DNA of 63,951 bases, the filler included, from Choristocarpus tenellus KU-1152 (lineage: Eukaryota > Protista > Phaeophyceae), in assembly GCA_964200185.2 (NCBI GenBank). It is 12 parts of 12 records of this genome, joined end to end, with 100 filler letters (N's around TTAATTAATTAA, not from the genome) between each part and the next. Parts side by side here need not be neighbours in the genome. Positions count along the whole stretch, not along the records: positions 17,257 to 24,730 come from CAXNAD020006099.1; positions 24,831 to 34,692 come from CAXNAD020003324.1; positions 34,793 to 40,107 come from CAXNAD020011184.1; 9 more parts are not named here. The stretch is one strand, 5' to 3'. Below, in pieces: positions 24,359-37,726 of this stretch (positions are counted from its first letter, which is position 1; every line of letters begins with the position of its first letter). The translations under genes and the position numbers were made by a program. The notes beneath the pieces were generated by a model, which saw only the letters and a list, made by a program, of their open reading frames with translations, made no database searches and had not been told where the DNA came from.

Positions 24359-27300
24359 GTGAGGCTAATTAAGTTGCGACCCACCTTAGTCTAGAAGTAC
24401 CACTATGAATCTCTTGTTGCAAAGATAAAGGTATTGGCTGGAGGTATCGAAAGGTCTCTAAAAGAAAAGGCAACTTTACGTAAGCAGGTGGTATTTCCAG
24501 CGTTCCAACAAATCCCCCCCCCCCCCGCCCCCGCCCCATCTTTCTCAGCAGAGATAACCTGCCAGAGAACACAAAACCATTGCATTGAGTGAAAAGGGGT
24601 GCGTTGATTGTTCTGTCATAAATCAGGTACAAGTCTTTTTTTTCTAACCCTTGCCTTCAAAGAAGTACATGTACCTACACCTTTGGGGGGGGTTGATGAG
24701 TGAAGCAGGGGGTTGGGAGTGAGAAGCATCNNNNNNNNNNNNNNNNNNNNNNNNNNNNNNNNNNNNNNNNNNNNTTAATTAATTAANNNNNNNNNNNNNN
24801 NNNNNNNNNNNNNNNNNNNNNNNNNNNNNNCCCCCCCCCGCTCCCCCCTGCCTTGCTCCCCTGTGTGTCACTCCTCCTGCCACCTCCTTGTGTGTATGCT
24901 GGAAGCTCTGTTGTTTACACTATTCCAGACTACCTTACACTGTGCCCACCCTTTGGATTCCATCTCCTGCTCTTACTCCATGATACCTTGCCACATTGTA
25001 CATCCTGCCTGCCTGACTGACTGCCCGCCCTTCACCTTCTCCTGTTGTGCTTGATCACATGTGTCCTGTGGTCTTGCTGTCTGCCTCCAGGCTCTGGTGA
25101 CAAAGTTTGACACTGTTACAGCATCCAAATAGTCTCGCTAGGAAATAACCCCTTAAGTATGGTATCATGAGCTCTGGGTATACCTGACTAGCCACTCAGC
25201 AGTGAAAGGAGAAGAAATGCTGACACAAGGTCGCTTTATGCTGATTGTTGATCATCTTTTTATATATTTGATTTTTCTTTTGTGACATCTACCCAATATA
25301 AGGGTATACCCTTGTTGTGACTGACAGTGAGAAGGGATGTAGATGTCGCTAAGTTGTAAGCTATTGAGGAGATGCGCTCCTGGTGGAGCGGAGTTCGGTA
25401 GGCACAGATGAGGACATGGGTCACACATTTTCTCATTTATTTATGAGACTTCCATTTGGTCCTGGTTAAGATAAGAGGTCAGGCAGCCAGGTCAGCGCCT
25501 TTAGTTCTATTTTGGTACTGAGTATGGGGGTTGTTGAAACCACAACCCCAAGGTGTCCTGTATCCTGTCTACACTGGGTGGTGAAGGAATAATGGGGCGG
25601 TGGTAGGATCCAGGCTCTGCCCCCCTTTTGTGTGTTTGAGAATATGCTCAGGTTCCTGGTACTAGATCATGAGATAACATTTGTGGTTTGTTATGAAATG
25701 TATTTCAATTGATCCCAATTGAGTTGCGTTTCCTTGACCACAGTCCTTTAACTGGTGCAACCAAGTATGTACAGCTAGTTCATGCCTGTTGGCCCTGAGT
25801 GTGTTGCGAGCAGTGATTGCGTTGGCCCTACTCTGCCCATTATTCTTATTCCGCTGTGGTAGTGGCTGGAATCAGAAGGAATTTCAGTGAGGAAGGAGTG
25901 GGCACATAATGGCTCAGACCCCCTGAATCTTGCCACATTTATTCCTGGTAGTAATGAAATCGCCCCAGTTTTTGCGTCTTGGTTACACTTCATGTAAGCT
26001 CTCACCTCTCCATAGGGATCTAATCGTTGTGTAATTTTTGATCTGTTTGCCAGCGATAAGTTGTTGGTCTCTGTCTGGGCACACTGTGCAAGAGGTGCAT
26101 GAGAGTTGCATTTTCATGGAAGGCACGCTGGCATGTAATTCCTGATCCAGAGCTGATGCCTCTGCTGGCTGTGGGGGTGTGAAGAAAGCTTCTGGATTTT
26201 AACTGTGGGTTTGATTTGCAAGTTTTCAAGTGTACAATTGCCTGTAGGTGCACCTGCCTTTTGTTCTTGTGGTTGGTGTTTGATTGTACGGAATGCATGT
26301 TATCAATCCAAGACCATCCTGTCTGTGTGTTTGAAACTGTCAAGTCACGACAGGACAAGAAGAGCATGTTTTTTTATTTGTTTATAGTGCTTTTTGTCAT
26401 CTTGTGTGGGGCATTTGGCATCATTCAGTGAGGTACTGGTGTCTTTTGGGGGGAAGAGCGTACTTGTTATAGTGTCACTAGTACATAAAAACTAGTTCCT
26501 ATTTTGCTACATGAGAGACCAAAACGGGTACATACACATATATACATGCATGTATGTACTACTGGGTACATTCATCAGCTACTGCCTGTTCAAATCCCGA
26601 TGCGTGCAAGGAGATCGACTGAGCATGCCATATATTATTTCACATTTTGTCGGACATGCATACTTTAGTATATATATATATATTGCATCATACGATGTTG
26701 TGAATGTTTTCATGATGGTCTCAGGTGGGAAATGTGAAAAGTATTGTAAAGTTCCGGCATGGCCTCAGTGAGGTGCATCATTGGGTCTGAGATGGAAACA
26801 TGGTGTTACAAGGAATGTTCATACTCTCTGCTTTTGCAAATTCACGCTTGATTGGTGGATTGACCATTGAGGCTTGTGTGCTTCATGGTCCATCTTGCCT
26901 CGGTACTTAATTGATTGATAACTGAACAGATTGAATCCCAGCTGCTAGGAGAAGTTAGGACTAGTATCAGTCAGGGTGATTGTGTTCTATAGACAGGCAT
27001 TGCAGCTAGTAAGTCCAGGTGTAGTAGTGGAGTGTTAACTCGAAATATTCGGTTTGTCACACCAAACTCTACTTGCGAGTGTGGGGGAATCAGACTGTCT
27101 TTCGAGGAACTTGTCAGAACGACATTTTCTCAAGAAAGGGAAGGTTCCATGGGATGTCAGAACTCTTTTTCTCCTTCTAAAAATAACTATCATGAAACAT
27201 TAAGGCGTTTGGTCTGTGTGTTTGTGAGTGTGTCTGTGTATATGTTCTGTTTGCAAAAGCCCAAAACCAACCTAAAACGAGGCCAATAATTTCTTGAAGG

Positions 27301-27671
27301 ACCAGGACCTTTGATATCAGGTGCAACAGCTATGATATCAATCGTCTATAATGAGATATTGATGGGTTGAGATGGGTATCGGGTGATGTAATCAAGTGGT
27401 GTTTCTTGTGGGCTATGCTGTCTCAGAAGTCCTTGCATTCTTCTGTAAATGAGTGATCCGAAGGCTGGGGAGATGGGGTACCAGTATTAATGACGATATT
27501 AGTCATGGTGAGGCGCCTCTTGTTATCACTAATATTGTTCTGGTTCAAACTGTTCTTTTAAAGAGTGTCACCTGATTGAAGGTAGCGTGCTAGAGCTCTA
27601 TGGATACCCTGAGGAAAGTGAACATATCAACTGCGTTGAATGATACTGCAAAACATTACTGTTGTCTGACC

Positions 27672-27933
27672 GAGTGAAACTACCTTAGAGGGTACAAGTT
27701 TTGTCCTGTTTGTCCATTATTTGGGGCTTGGGTTCCCATGTTTTTTTTAAATGACATTTTCCTACTCCAAAACGTTTTGGAGTAGGTAAAATGTGTATGT
27801 TATGAAAAGGTATGTCCAGAACATGGATATTGACATTCCTAACAAACACTATGCCCAAAATTACATCAAAATTGCAACACTAGATTTTGGGCCCCAAGTG
27901 AACTCGGCTCTATCCTCTAACATACTTTGCCTC
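27672..27933. mobile_element. MITE family A, older copy
   Basis: GAGTGAAACTACCTTAGAGGGTAC...TCCTCTAACATACTTTGCCTC; TGAC on both flanks with a 1-nt offset on the left. Confidence 0.9.
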
Positions 27934-27938
27934 TGACA

Positions 27939-27980
<42 letters not shown>

Positions 27981-28768
27981 CTCATCAGATCAGCCAATCA
28001 TTGATTTTCACACACTGATTCCCAGCAATATATCAAAACACAATTTATTTAATCACTACTGCCTATTTTTATTATTGTTGGCATCCGTGGTGTCTACTAC
28101 CCACATGAACTTTGTGCGGTGTTCAAGTTCCTTTGATGCAAGACTTCAATTCATAGACTGGGTTTGAAGATCGAATTCCCCATGGCAAACACGACACAGG
28201 TTGTGCACCTAAACTACTAATACTATCATCCTGTCTGTTGATATTCCACAAAAACGCATACCAACCAAGATCGAGGTGAAAACCTCAAGGAGACTCAAGG
28301 AGAAGATTTGGGGGAGGAGATGGAGGGACAAGCTGTGGGAGTGCTGAGCCCAACAAGTGAGAAGCAAGTCAGGAATGAAGGCAGCATGATTAGTTGTAGT
28401 GCAATAGTTGGTCAGTAGTTAGTGTTAGAAGTAGTGTGATGTATAGAGTTCTTGTGCCTCTTCTTGATCGCCTGGGGTAATCTCCTTCCTTGGTATGATC
28501 GGAATGTGAACAAAAAAATATAATTTAAAATTTACATCCAATTTAATCACTTCACTAACTATATTTCGATGAGGCTTTTCTCTTAAGACAAAATCTATTG
28601 CAAAAGTGCAATGGAAGCTCGCTTGGAAAAACATCTACCCCCATTGTAAATCTTGTATGGTGAAGCGTACTCAAAGTACTACGGATTAGTGATTAGTGGC
28701 TACCTCAAGGAGAACGAGGATTGACCTTACATGTTGCCCCCACCCATGTGCCTACCACTACCCACATC

Positions 28769-31700
28769 TTACTCTGTGCTCTCTTCCTCCTCTGGAAACA
28801 CTAGCCGTAGCTTGACGCAAAATGAACCAATCAACTCATCTGAAACCTGACATCCTGGGGGTGGAGTTCCCATTCTTTCCCTCAGCATCCTCACCCATGC
28901 CATGTTCCTTTCGTCACAAAAATTTCCAACCTTGGTCCACCCCGACCCAGCATATTCCACCTCCCCCTCCTCATGTCCCCACGGCCTATTCTCCCCTCTA
29001 CCCCAACAATCACTGCACTCTATCCCTCTAGTACTGTGCTTTTGTTGGGCTCGGAGGAGCCGGCTCAGGGCGGGGGGTGGGGGAAGTGCATCGATGCCAG
29101 GAACCGCTGCTGACCGAGCACGCCATCTCCGAAGTCGCGCTTCCCTGAGGGTTGCAACAAAAGTACGGGCAAGGAATCCCCGGACGACAGCCTGTAGAGC
29201 AATGATGGAGAGCCTGCGGCGAGCAACCTGCTGGCGAGCCCCGTGAATCTTGAGCCGAGTATGCAGCCATCGATGGATCTGTTATTGAGTGAGCGTAGAA
29301 TATGGAGTAACTTGGATATGAGAGATCATGGGGAAGTGTAATGCATGGATGGTTATAATACCAATAGTGCTATGGTGGGGAAGTAAGTGGAGCGGATGGG
29401 GAGGGTGGAAAGGGTGGGGTGTGACTCAAGATGATCTGTCTGAATAACTTTGTTCTCCAAGGAAGAGCTTGGGTCTGAAACTAAGGCACCTAGGATTTTG
29501 TTGTGTGAGAGCTTCAGAGTATCATGGCGTGAAATGCATTATTTCCTAGAGCTACCGTGGGGATACCTGGAGTTGAGGGGGCTCAAGAACAGGGTGGTCG
29601 GTATTTACATGTGCAGCGTAATTGTGGTCTGTCTCCTGGTAGTGATGTGGTTTTTTTGACCTTATGCAAGGGCTACCATAAAATCGAACTCTCTGTAGTA
29701 GAGTAGCAAGCACTTTTTTCTCGTGTCTTAAATTCCTTGTTTTCATTTTTCAGACAACTCTTCCATACCTTTGCAAGCATCGTAGTCATTGTTGGTTCCG
29801 AGAACCATGTTAGTCTGTTTCCCTGATTTCCGGAAGTGGAGTTGTTTTGCTCAGGGATGAAAACAACTTGAATGTACTAGGATACGTATGGAAAAGGAAT
29901 AAAATTAAACCAATGTTCTTCTGTGGATCCCAACTTCAACATATGTGTACTGTTCTCTTTTTTTGTCAACCATCAAACACTTTAGTGTCCCATCCGAGCA
30001 TCTGTAGTATCAAACCAGCAGTGACAGCATGGAGGTTGATACCAGAGTTGTCTTTTGATGATAAGCAGTATTATCATTTTTTGGTGCTACACGTTTCACT
30101 ATTTTGTTGCCTATTCACGATCAAGCTGATACTTTAGTTGACGGTGAAAAGAAACCAACAACACATTATCAGCGGTGCTTGGTAGCAAGTTCGGTCATTT
30201 TTCTCAACTTATTACCACTATTGAGTACTGAGCAACCTCACTCAACCAAATTAGCATTGAGAGCCGAGTATTGCCTGAACTGAGAAGTTTAGGGCTAATT
30301 TTTAGAAGATGCTCTTGATGTTGGTCCTCCACTGAACCGGCTGGCTGGTACAACTTGCATCGAAAAAGGAAACATTTGTTGATTCGTGATTGATGCGTAA
30401 TCAGCAGTCCAAACATTGCTGCAGTTTGGTTGGGAGGATGGTGCGGGTGTGAGGTTTAACCGTTGGCGGTATAACAAATTGCTCTCATCCCATCAAAGAT
30501 TCGTCTCGTCACATCTTATCCCCCGTCGTTGAACTTTTTTTTTTTTTTCACAGTAACAATTGATGCCTTTTTTCATATCTGTTTCACACACACACACACA
30601 CACAATTTTCTTAAGTGCTGTACAGGACATGGAGGAATGCGGGTTTTGCTTCTGCACCCCCTCAACATGCATCGCCTAGAACTGATGGATAGGGTACCCT
30701 TGATGGACCTGATGTATACTGATGGTCGCCTCACCTCGCTCTCTGCCCAGCTTCGAAGATATTGTCGGTGTCGAAAATCTCGAAATGAATTTTGAATTCG
30801 CCTTGCACACCAGGCATACCGAAGCTTCTTCATCAGGTTTACGTCACCCTTACCCTCTACCCTGCGCTGCAATCCATGCCTCTTTGCATTGTTAGCAAGA
30901 GTGACTGCTCCCATTGTTCCAGGCGGTAATGGTAACATTTGGTGACTGCAACGGCCTCCGGCTGGGGCGGAGCTCGGACGGTGTCGCCGACGCCAGTGTC
31001 CTTCCCTCCCCCTCTCAAGGGTACCCCCACAACTTGTGCACAGGTAGCGTAGCTCTGGTGGTGGTTCTCCTGTGAGGGATTACAAGAGAGCATTAAGGGG
31101 GTAGATTCTGGAGATCAGTTAAAAGGTGTATCACAAGAGGCAGAAAGGGCTTGAGTAGAAAGATGGGTGCATCTCATTGCAGTAATGCTGCAAAACCTTT
31201 GGACCTGTTGTGTTGGAGGGCAAAGGTTTTGCTGCAAGCAGTGCATTTCATTCAAAGGGCAGATCCCACCCGCACCTCCAGCACTCAGAGAGGTACTCCT
31301 CTCTGTGTAAGGCATAGGGTGTATGTGGTAAAGTACTCAACTTTGAAGAAAAACATATTTAGACGGAGGATTTCGCTCTCATAACCAGTTGAACATGCTG
31401 AACTAGACAACACAAGCATCCTATCTGCTGGTCTACCTCTGGTTGCAGCCAGTTCTGAGAGCTTGCACAGGTACATGTGATGTTGTCAATAACAAAGTAG
31501 TACTATGTAGAAAATTTAACGACCCTAGATAAAAAAAACACATAAAGCCTCAAGTGGAGTGCAAGTACTTGCTGTGCACTAACAAGATACTTGCACTACA
31601 GTTGCCATTTCTCCTCTGATAAGTCCCTCTCCCATTTCACTTGCTTCGAAATAGACTAACCTTCCCTAGTTGACTCCGAGACTTTAACATCCACTGCCTC

Positions 31701-34492
31701 AACGAGATACACAACCCCGCATGTGCCACAACTTAGAGATAGCTGACTGTCCTCTATGAACTTCTCTTCCACAGCTAGGGCGGATAATGTAGAGGACTGT
31801 CTTGTTGTTATGGCTCTTGCTGATTCTAACCCTGCCCTCAATGATGGAGCTTTAGCTGATTCAGGGCGGATAGGAGGAGGTTTTTCCATTGCTCTTGCTT
31901 GTTCTGTTGTTACTGCAGCTCCTGTAAGCATATTGTCAGCACCATGGAGAGGAGAGATATAGGAGGACCTCGTCTTTCCCTGCTGGAATTTGAAAGTGCC
32001 CCTATTCTCTGAGGTTTGTGCTTGGACAGTGACTTCCCAATAGGGGAACTGTGGTGCATCTGGAACAGTAAATTTTTGTACTGCTTGAAAGGGTCGTGAC
32101 TCTTCAGTTGTAGATCTTGATAAAGTTAAGACTCCCATCCCCTCCTGCTCCTGCTCTGTTGCTTCTTGTACTACTTCACCTCTATCATACCCTGGTTCTT
32201 TCCCCTCCGTACTTGCCTTGGCCTCTTGATTGTTCTCTGTCAAAACGATCGGGGTTGTCAAACTCGTTTCCTCAGAACCTCTCCTGACCCTGACAGCCAT
32301 CATACCAGGTGGGACATGAGGTCGGAAGGAACCATTTTGCCAATTATTAGAACCTACAGTGCCGTTAAGAATCACCTCTCCCTTGTCTTGGATGAAATCG
32401 ATATCCATGTCCTGTTTGCTGTCCACAACTCCCTCTTGTATCCCACCTGTCCCAACTCCCTCTAGTTCCTGAACATGGTGCTGAAATTGAAGTACTGTTA
32501 CCATGGCAGGCTCTATGGTGTGGAGGTTATGCCTATCATCCTTTGGATTGTTGTACTGTTCAGCATGTGCTGATGCTACTCTTTTTGCCACCAGGAACCT
32601 TGTGAGGGCAAGCTGCAGGGTAACTGCAGCTGCTGTCTCAGTTCTGGAACGGTTGGCTGTGCACCACGCCTGTTGCAAGCGTGTCCCTGCTCTCCAGGCC
32701 CACCCAGTCTTCAAAATCTTCTTCCTGTAAGCAAAACACCGCACAGCACCCTGGATAATGGAGGCTGCCCTCGCTGTGCTTCTGTGGATTGCCAGCTCCC
32801 GTTGAAACATCCTACTGCACTAGAGATTTTACGAGTTGAATATGAAGTATATCATCACAAGGTAGATGATTGCTGAAAATAGGTGTGTATAGGATGACTG
32901 TTTTAGGATACTAGGGTCAGTACAGTTGAGCTCCTTACTCTTGGAATAGTTTGAGCCAGTAACATTTAATGAAAACATCCCGTATAATGTGTTCCACTAA
33001 AATATACACACGAAACACAGCAGTCAAATCGTTACCTCTTGATCAAGGGTTTGAATAATCACCTGTAATGTTCTAACATTCTTCTGTATGACTACTGCTG
33101 AGAGATTGATCCACTGGTGCAATTTTTCTCTCGCCCTTGTGTCATTCTCCTCTTTTTGCAACCTGATTGCTTCCTCATCCTCAATTCTCTTGCGTTCCAG
33201 GATTTCCCTCATCCTCATTTCACTATTCCATTGCTCTCTCAAATCTTTCACTCGCCGATAAGCTACACATCTCCACCAGGCTAGCTGTAGTACTTGCCCG
33301 GCTTGCATACGGCGGTCTGCTAGGGCTGTCCTGAACAGCTGCCGGGCTCTTCGACCTCTCAGGAGGGCCTGCACTTTCACAGCAGAATCTTGCTCATGCC
33401 GGTACTCCTTAACACGCTCTATACAAGCAGCAATGTAACTCCTGACAATGACCTTGCACACGTCGTGGATCAACCTCCGCCGCCGTGCTGGTGTAGAGTA
33501 GGGATCACTTCTCCAGTCCCTTGCTACATCACCAAGGCTGCGTGAGCTGTACCTTTGCCAAGTAAATGGCCTTTTCCCACTTTCCGTAAATTTAATATCG
33601 CGATCCTTGAGACCCAAGATGTGATCTCTATCAAACAGAGAGTGGTCACTTGCTCCAACAAAATGGAGTGGCAAAGTCTGTGCATGGGAGGAACTAGGTG
33701 GTGTAGGCAATGTGTTCGATTCCAGCAACCATGGTGATTCATCTACGGAATCCTCATCACTGCCTGATGAATCTGTTGTGTTTGGGTTCTTCATCTGAAC
33801 TGTTGTATTGTTAGACAAATGGTCGGTAAGTTTGGTTGGGTTCATCATTCTCCTGAAGCTGTTGGTTGAATAATCATGTGGTGTTACACACATCAAACTA
33901 GTTGATGAAGACAGCATATCATGTTGGTGTTCCTGTCGAGGTGAATGCTGTATTGGTTGCTCCACCGGTGTTATACGCATCAAACTGGTTGATGAAGACA
34001 GCATATCATGTTGGTGTTCCTGTCGAGGTGAATGCTGTATTGGTTGCTCCACCGGATGGGCAAATGTCAGAACACGTGGTTGTAATGATGCTCTCTGCAT
34101 GGCTTGGACAGTCTGCCCATGACTCATTCCTGATAATGAGGCCTGATTGATTCCAACAAGAATCATGCCCACGGATATACCACCATGTTTACATGCCGCA
34201 GAACCTCTAATGATATCGGTGACAACAAGTCCCTTAGTAGAACGTGCAACCCACCGTAATGCAATGCCTGCAGACACATTTGCGTCAAAAAATACATCGA
34301 CACTTTCGCCGACCCTTGGGAACCCAGGAGTCAACACATTCGAAGGAGGAAGAGGTGGAGGTAGAGCACAACTTTCAATAAATCCTCTGCTGTTGCCAAT
34401 TTTTCGTCCACCGCATGAACCTGGAGACGAATAAAGCGTTTCCGTCACCGATTGTCTCCTCCTCTTTCGTCCGAGCGGTGGAAGATGAGGTC
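28769..34492 (-). CDS. PDZ domain + multiple IQ-like motifs + CxxC...CxxC protein, 5' incomplete; exons 34492-33063, 32819-31661, 31069-30735, 29278-~28772
   Basis: PDZ-like GIAL...GLVVTDIIRGSAA...ISVGMILVGIN...RVLTF; IQ motifs VQALLRGRRAR, IQKNVR, IQGAVRCFAYR, IQNSFR, LQAVVRGFLAR; CGTC and CTSC joined across a phase-1 intron. Confidence 0.82.
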
Positions 34493-34635
34493 CTGGATGG
34501 GTGGGTAGGAAAATATGGTTGGCAATGAGTTACGGTCGTGGTGGAGAAGGGAGTCTCCTATAGCTAAGAGCTGAGTTGGACGACACAATCAGAGTTAGAA
34601 AGGTGACCCTGGAGATCAACTTCCAGTGAGAAACT

Positions 34636-34692
34636 GGCTCAAAGTATCTGGGAGGGGGTGGCGGCTGTCCATTTAGGGTTCAATTTTTTCAT
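34636..34692. mobile_element. MITE family B, partial (into gap)
   Basis: GGCTCAAAGTATCTGGGAGGGGGTGGCGGCTGTCCATTT. Confidence 0.85.
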
Positions 34693-35559
34693 NNNNNNNN
34701 NNNNNNNNNNNNNNNNNNNNNNNNNNNNNNNNNNNNTTAATTAATTAANNNNNNNNNNNNNNNNNNNNNNNNNNNNNNNNNNNNNNNNNNNNACCATGAT
34801 TCCTCTTCCTTCGTAGTCTATGTATCATATACAATGCATTCGATTCAGGTTTCAACAGCAGCTGCTGCTTCTGAAGCTCTTTTTTCCTAGCTCCAATTCA
34901 TGCATTGGTTCTCATGCCAACACTGTATTGCTCTGCTATGCTGACTTGACTAATATTGATTAATCTTGTGTCCAGATAATCGTCTCCATCTCTTGGCACC
35001 TGGCGGGTCCTTATGCTTCTCCGTGCACTATACCATGCTGGACAAGGCATTGCCCTCGACCTTGTTGGCGGTACTTTCCCCCGAATCCGACCCCGCACAG
35101 ACAGGTGTAACTTGTTGGGGACAAGAATGTCGTTTCCATTTGGAGGAGACTAAGTCATCCCTGACATAACGATAGACACATCATCACTGGTACCCTCGTC
35201 ACTCTCCCCTCCGTTGGGGATGTTAGCAATCAAAGTACAAACTCTTCGTCTCATCTTCCACATCCAGATCCACAAGCCACACAAATTCCATGCAGGTAGT
35301 GTCCACAACAACAAATTACGCCCGTTCATGATGTGTCGTGGTTCCAGTGTGACGGGGGGAATAAGACAGTGACCTTTTGCTTCGCATGGCACGGTCAAAG
35401 TGTGCATGATGTACACAGGAAGAACACTACTTGGATGTCTATATGACCACAAACCAGGTTTTCACCGCCCTACGTATGGCATGTCTGCCCAATATTAGGC
35501 AAGACATGCCTTACGGCACAAAATCGAGAATTACATTTGTCCCACGTTCGTTTGATATG

Positions 35560-35770
35560 TATCATCATACCCTCTGACATACGCAAATGTGTCAGAGAAA
35601 GACAAAAAGTAAATTACAAGGACTACTGCAAATAAATAGATGCCGTCAATCCTAAGTAACCTCTCTTAAAAAATATTTTCTATTTCAAATTTAACAATAC
35701 GATTACACAATGGCCCTGATAACTCCACGAATCCCGTTGACCAGCCTCACTTCCTACTAGGGGTTGCCTA
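35560..35770 (-). mobile_element. Short 3'-UTR fragment of the CRE-like element
   Basis: Minus strand ends ATGTCAGAGGGTATGATGAT, matching the ends at 4657 and 9207. Confidence 0.6.
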
Positions 35771-37726
35771 TGAGCATCACGTTGGCTTCCATACCAATGT
35801 AAGTGCACGCTCCAATGTGCAGTTGTGGCAATCCTCTTCCTTCAACTCCTTACCATTGATTCCACACGTCACTCCACCACCTTTACACCGCTCCTCACTA
35901 TTCCAATGCAATCCCACCAATCTTCTTTTTCCTTTAATCCACACACCTTGTGCTGCCTACTACACCACCAATTCACGCTGACATCAGCATATCTACTTTC
36001 GGAGACAATGCAGCCATCCGCATAATCATACAAAACCATGCGACCATCCACATATCCACTCCCTACTACTCCAATCCACATCCGTCCACTACCCCACATT
36101 ATCCACATGACAATTCATCCATCTCTCTACCACTGGATCGTTGAACCTGAATACATCAACCATGCCTGACCTTGACCTCCCCCCCAACCACACCATCCCA
36201 CTCAATTGTGAGCAATGGAGAGGGTAGGTGGGTGGGAGGGAATGATTGCTCAAATTACTTTCAGCTTACAATCCCTTTCGCATACCTCCTTTTCGTACAA
36301 ACGTTCTACATTGACCAAGTTTCAGGACCTCTCCAAAGTCACCAATCCCATACTAACTCTTCCTCTTCATATATTTCCTTCAATCCACAATTGGTCTAGC
36401 GCGAACATGCTTCTTCAACAAAGACTGGCAGCAATAATAGTATATCTTCAAAGTGTGGATTATTCAATCCATTCAGAACAATATTGAGGATACAGATGTA
36501 AAATACACTACCTGCCACCATCACGATGTGTATAAAAACACTTACAAGGTATAATTTGGGGGTGGTCACCATTGGGTTACTTGTGAAGAGTAGACCCTGT
36601 TGGACAAGACAGTGCTAGAAATCCATCAAGCACAACCCTAATGCATGTTAAAATGGAGACACGCCTTCCATACCGCAATTGATACAATCTGATCGGCGAA
36701 CACGACTTGCTACGACGTACTTACTCAATACAACTTCACTCCGTTATCTAGGTTCGTTTTTTCTGATCTACTGTACCCTATCACCATTGTAATAATAAAA
36801 CCTCTAGAAACGTGGTTCTGAGTTTTTCTGCGAGTGTCACAGTCTGTCACACTCCATAAAATGGAAGTGCTTTAGAACAGAAATTTATTATCCGCCCCAC
36901 ACTGGTACGCTTTCTCACTAATTTTGTGTTCTGAATTGGGTTTCATACATATACTTCGAAGTACGTAAACATCAAGAAGAGTGATGGTATGCCCTCGAGT
37001 GAAGCCTTTTGGATAGATGTCAAAGGCGAAAAGGACTAGGTGGGCATGGGGTGAGATGAGGCAGTTTTGAGGTGCAAAGAAGCTTGCAGCCTTGTTGTCC
37101 CTTGTTCAAATAATACCAACAAGTAAGTGTGCAAGGCCCCCCTATCACATACACTAACAGGTAACAACGTTATCAAATAGCGATATAGTAGAAGGCGGGG
37201 GGAGTTTGTATGTTCGCTATTGTCCCACCCAGATCAAACAAGGAGAGTAGGGCTTTGGTGGGTATCAGGTTGGGCTTGCTGAACCTCTCCATCCAGTGGA
37301 AAGGGCGTACAATAATAGCCCCTTGTCATCATAAAAATATGCTCCTACTAGGTTGGGTTCAGCGGGGATTCACACTGTTTCCCTACGTATCCCACGATTC
37401 AACCACGATTCGGAAATACACACCTTGAAAGAGAGCATTATGAGCTGCAGAAGGTTTAAATTGCAGTTGGGTTTACCTGGCTTGTTCTGTTGTACCGAAT
37501 TACGCTATAGGTGAACAAGTGTTACTTCTGCCTCGTCCCTGCATGATATTCTCTTCCTTTCTCTCTCTCTATATATATGTATCTCATTCATTAAGTATTC
37601 AATACTGTGTGTTAAAAAAATATAGCGACACCACAACACGTATCACATCATCACTACAAAAATACAGTAAACACCAGGTATCTTTCCCCCATATCCCTCT
37701 GCAAGCACCACAACCACACAAATACG

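Noticed and set aside
25160-25345. PBS-like TGGTATCATGAGC and a downstream purine tract suggesting a TRIM
   Set aside because: No pair of direct terminal repeats could be found.
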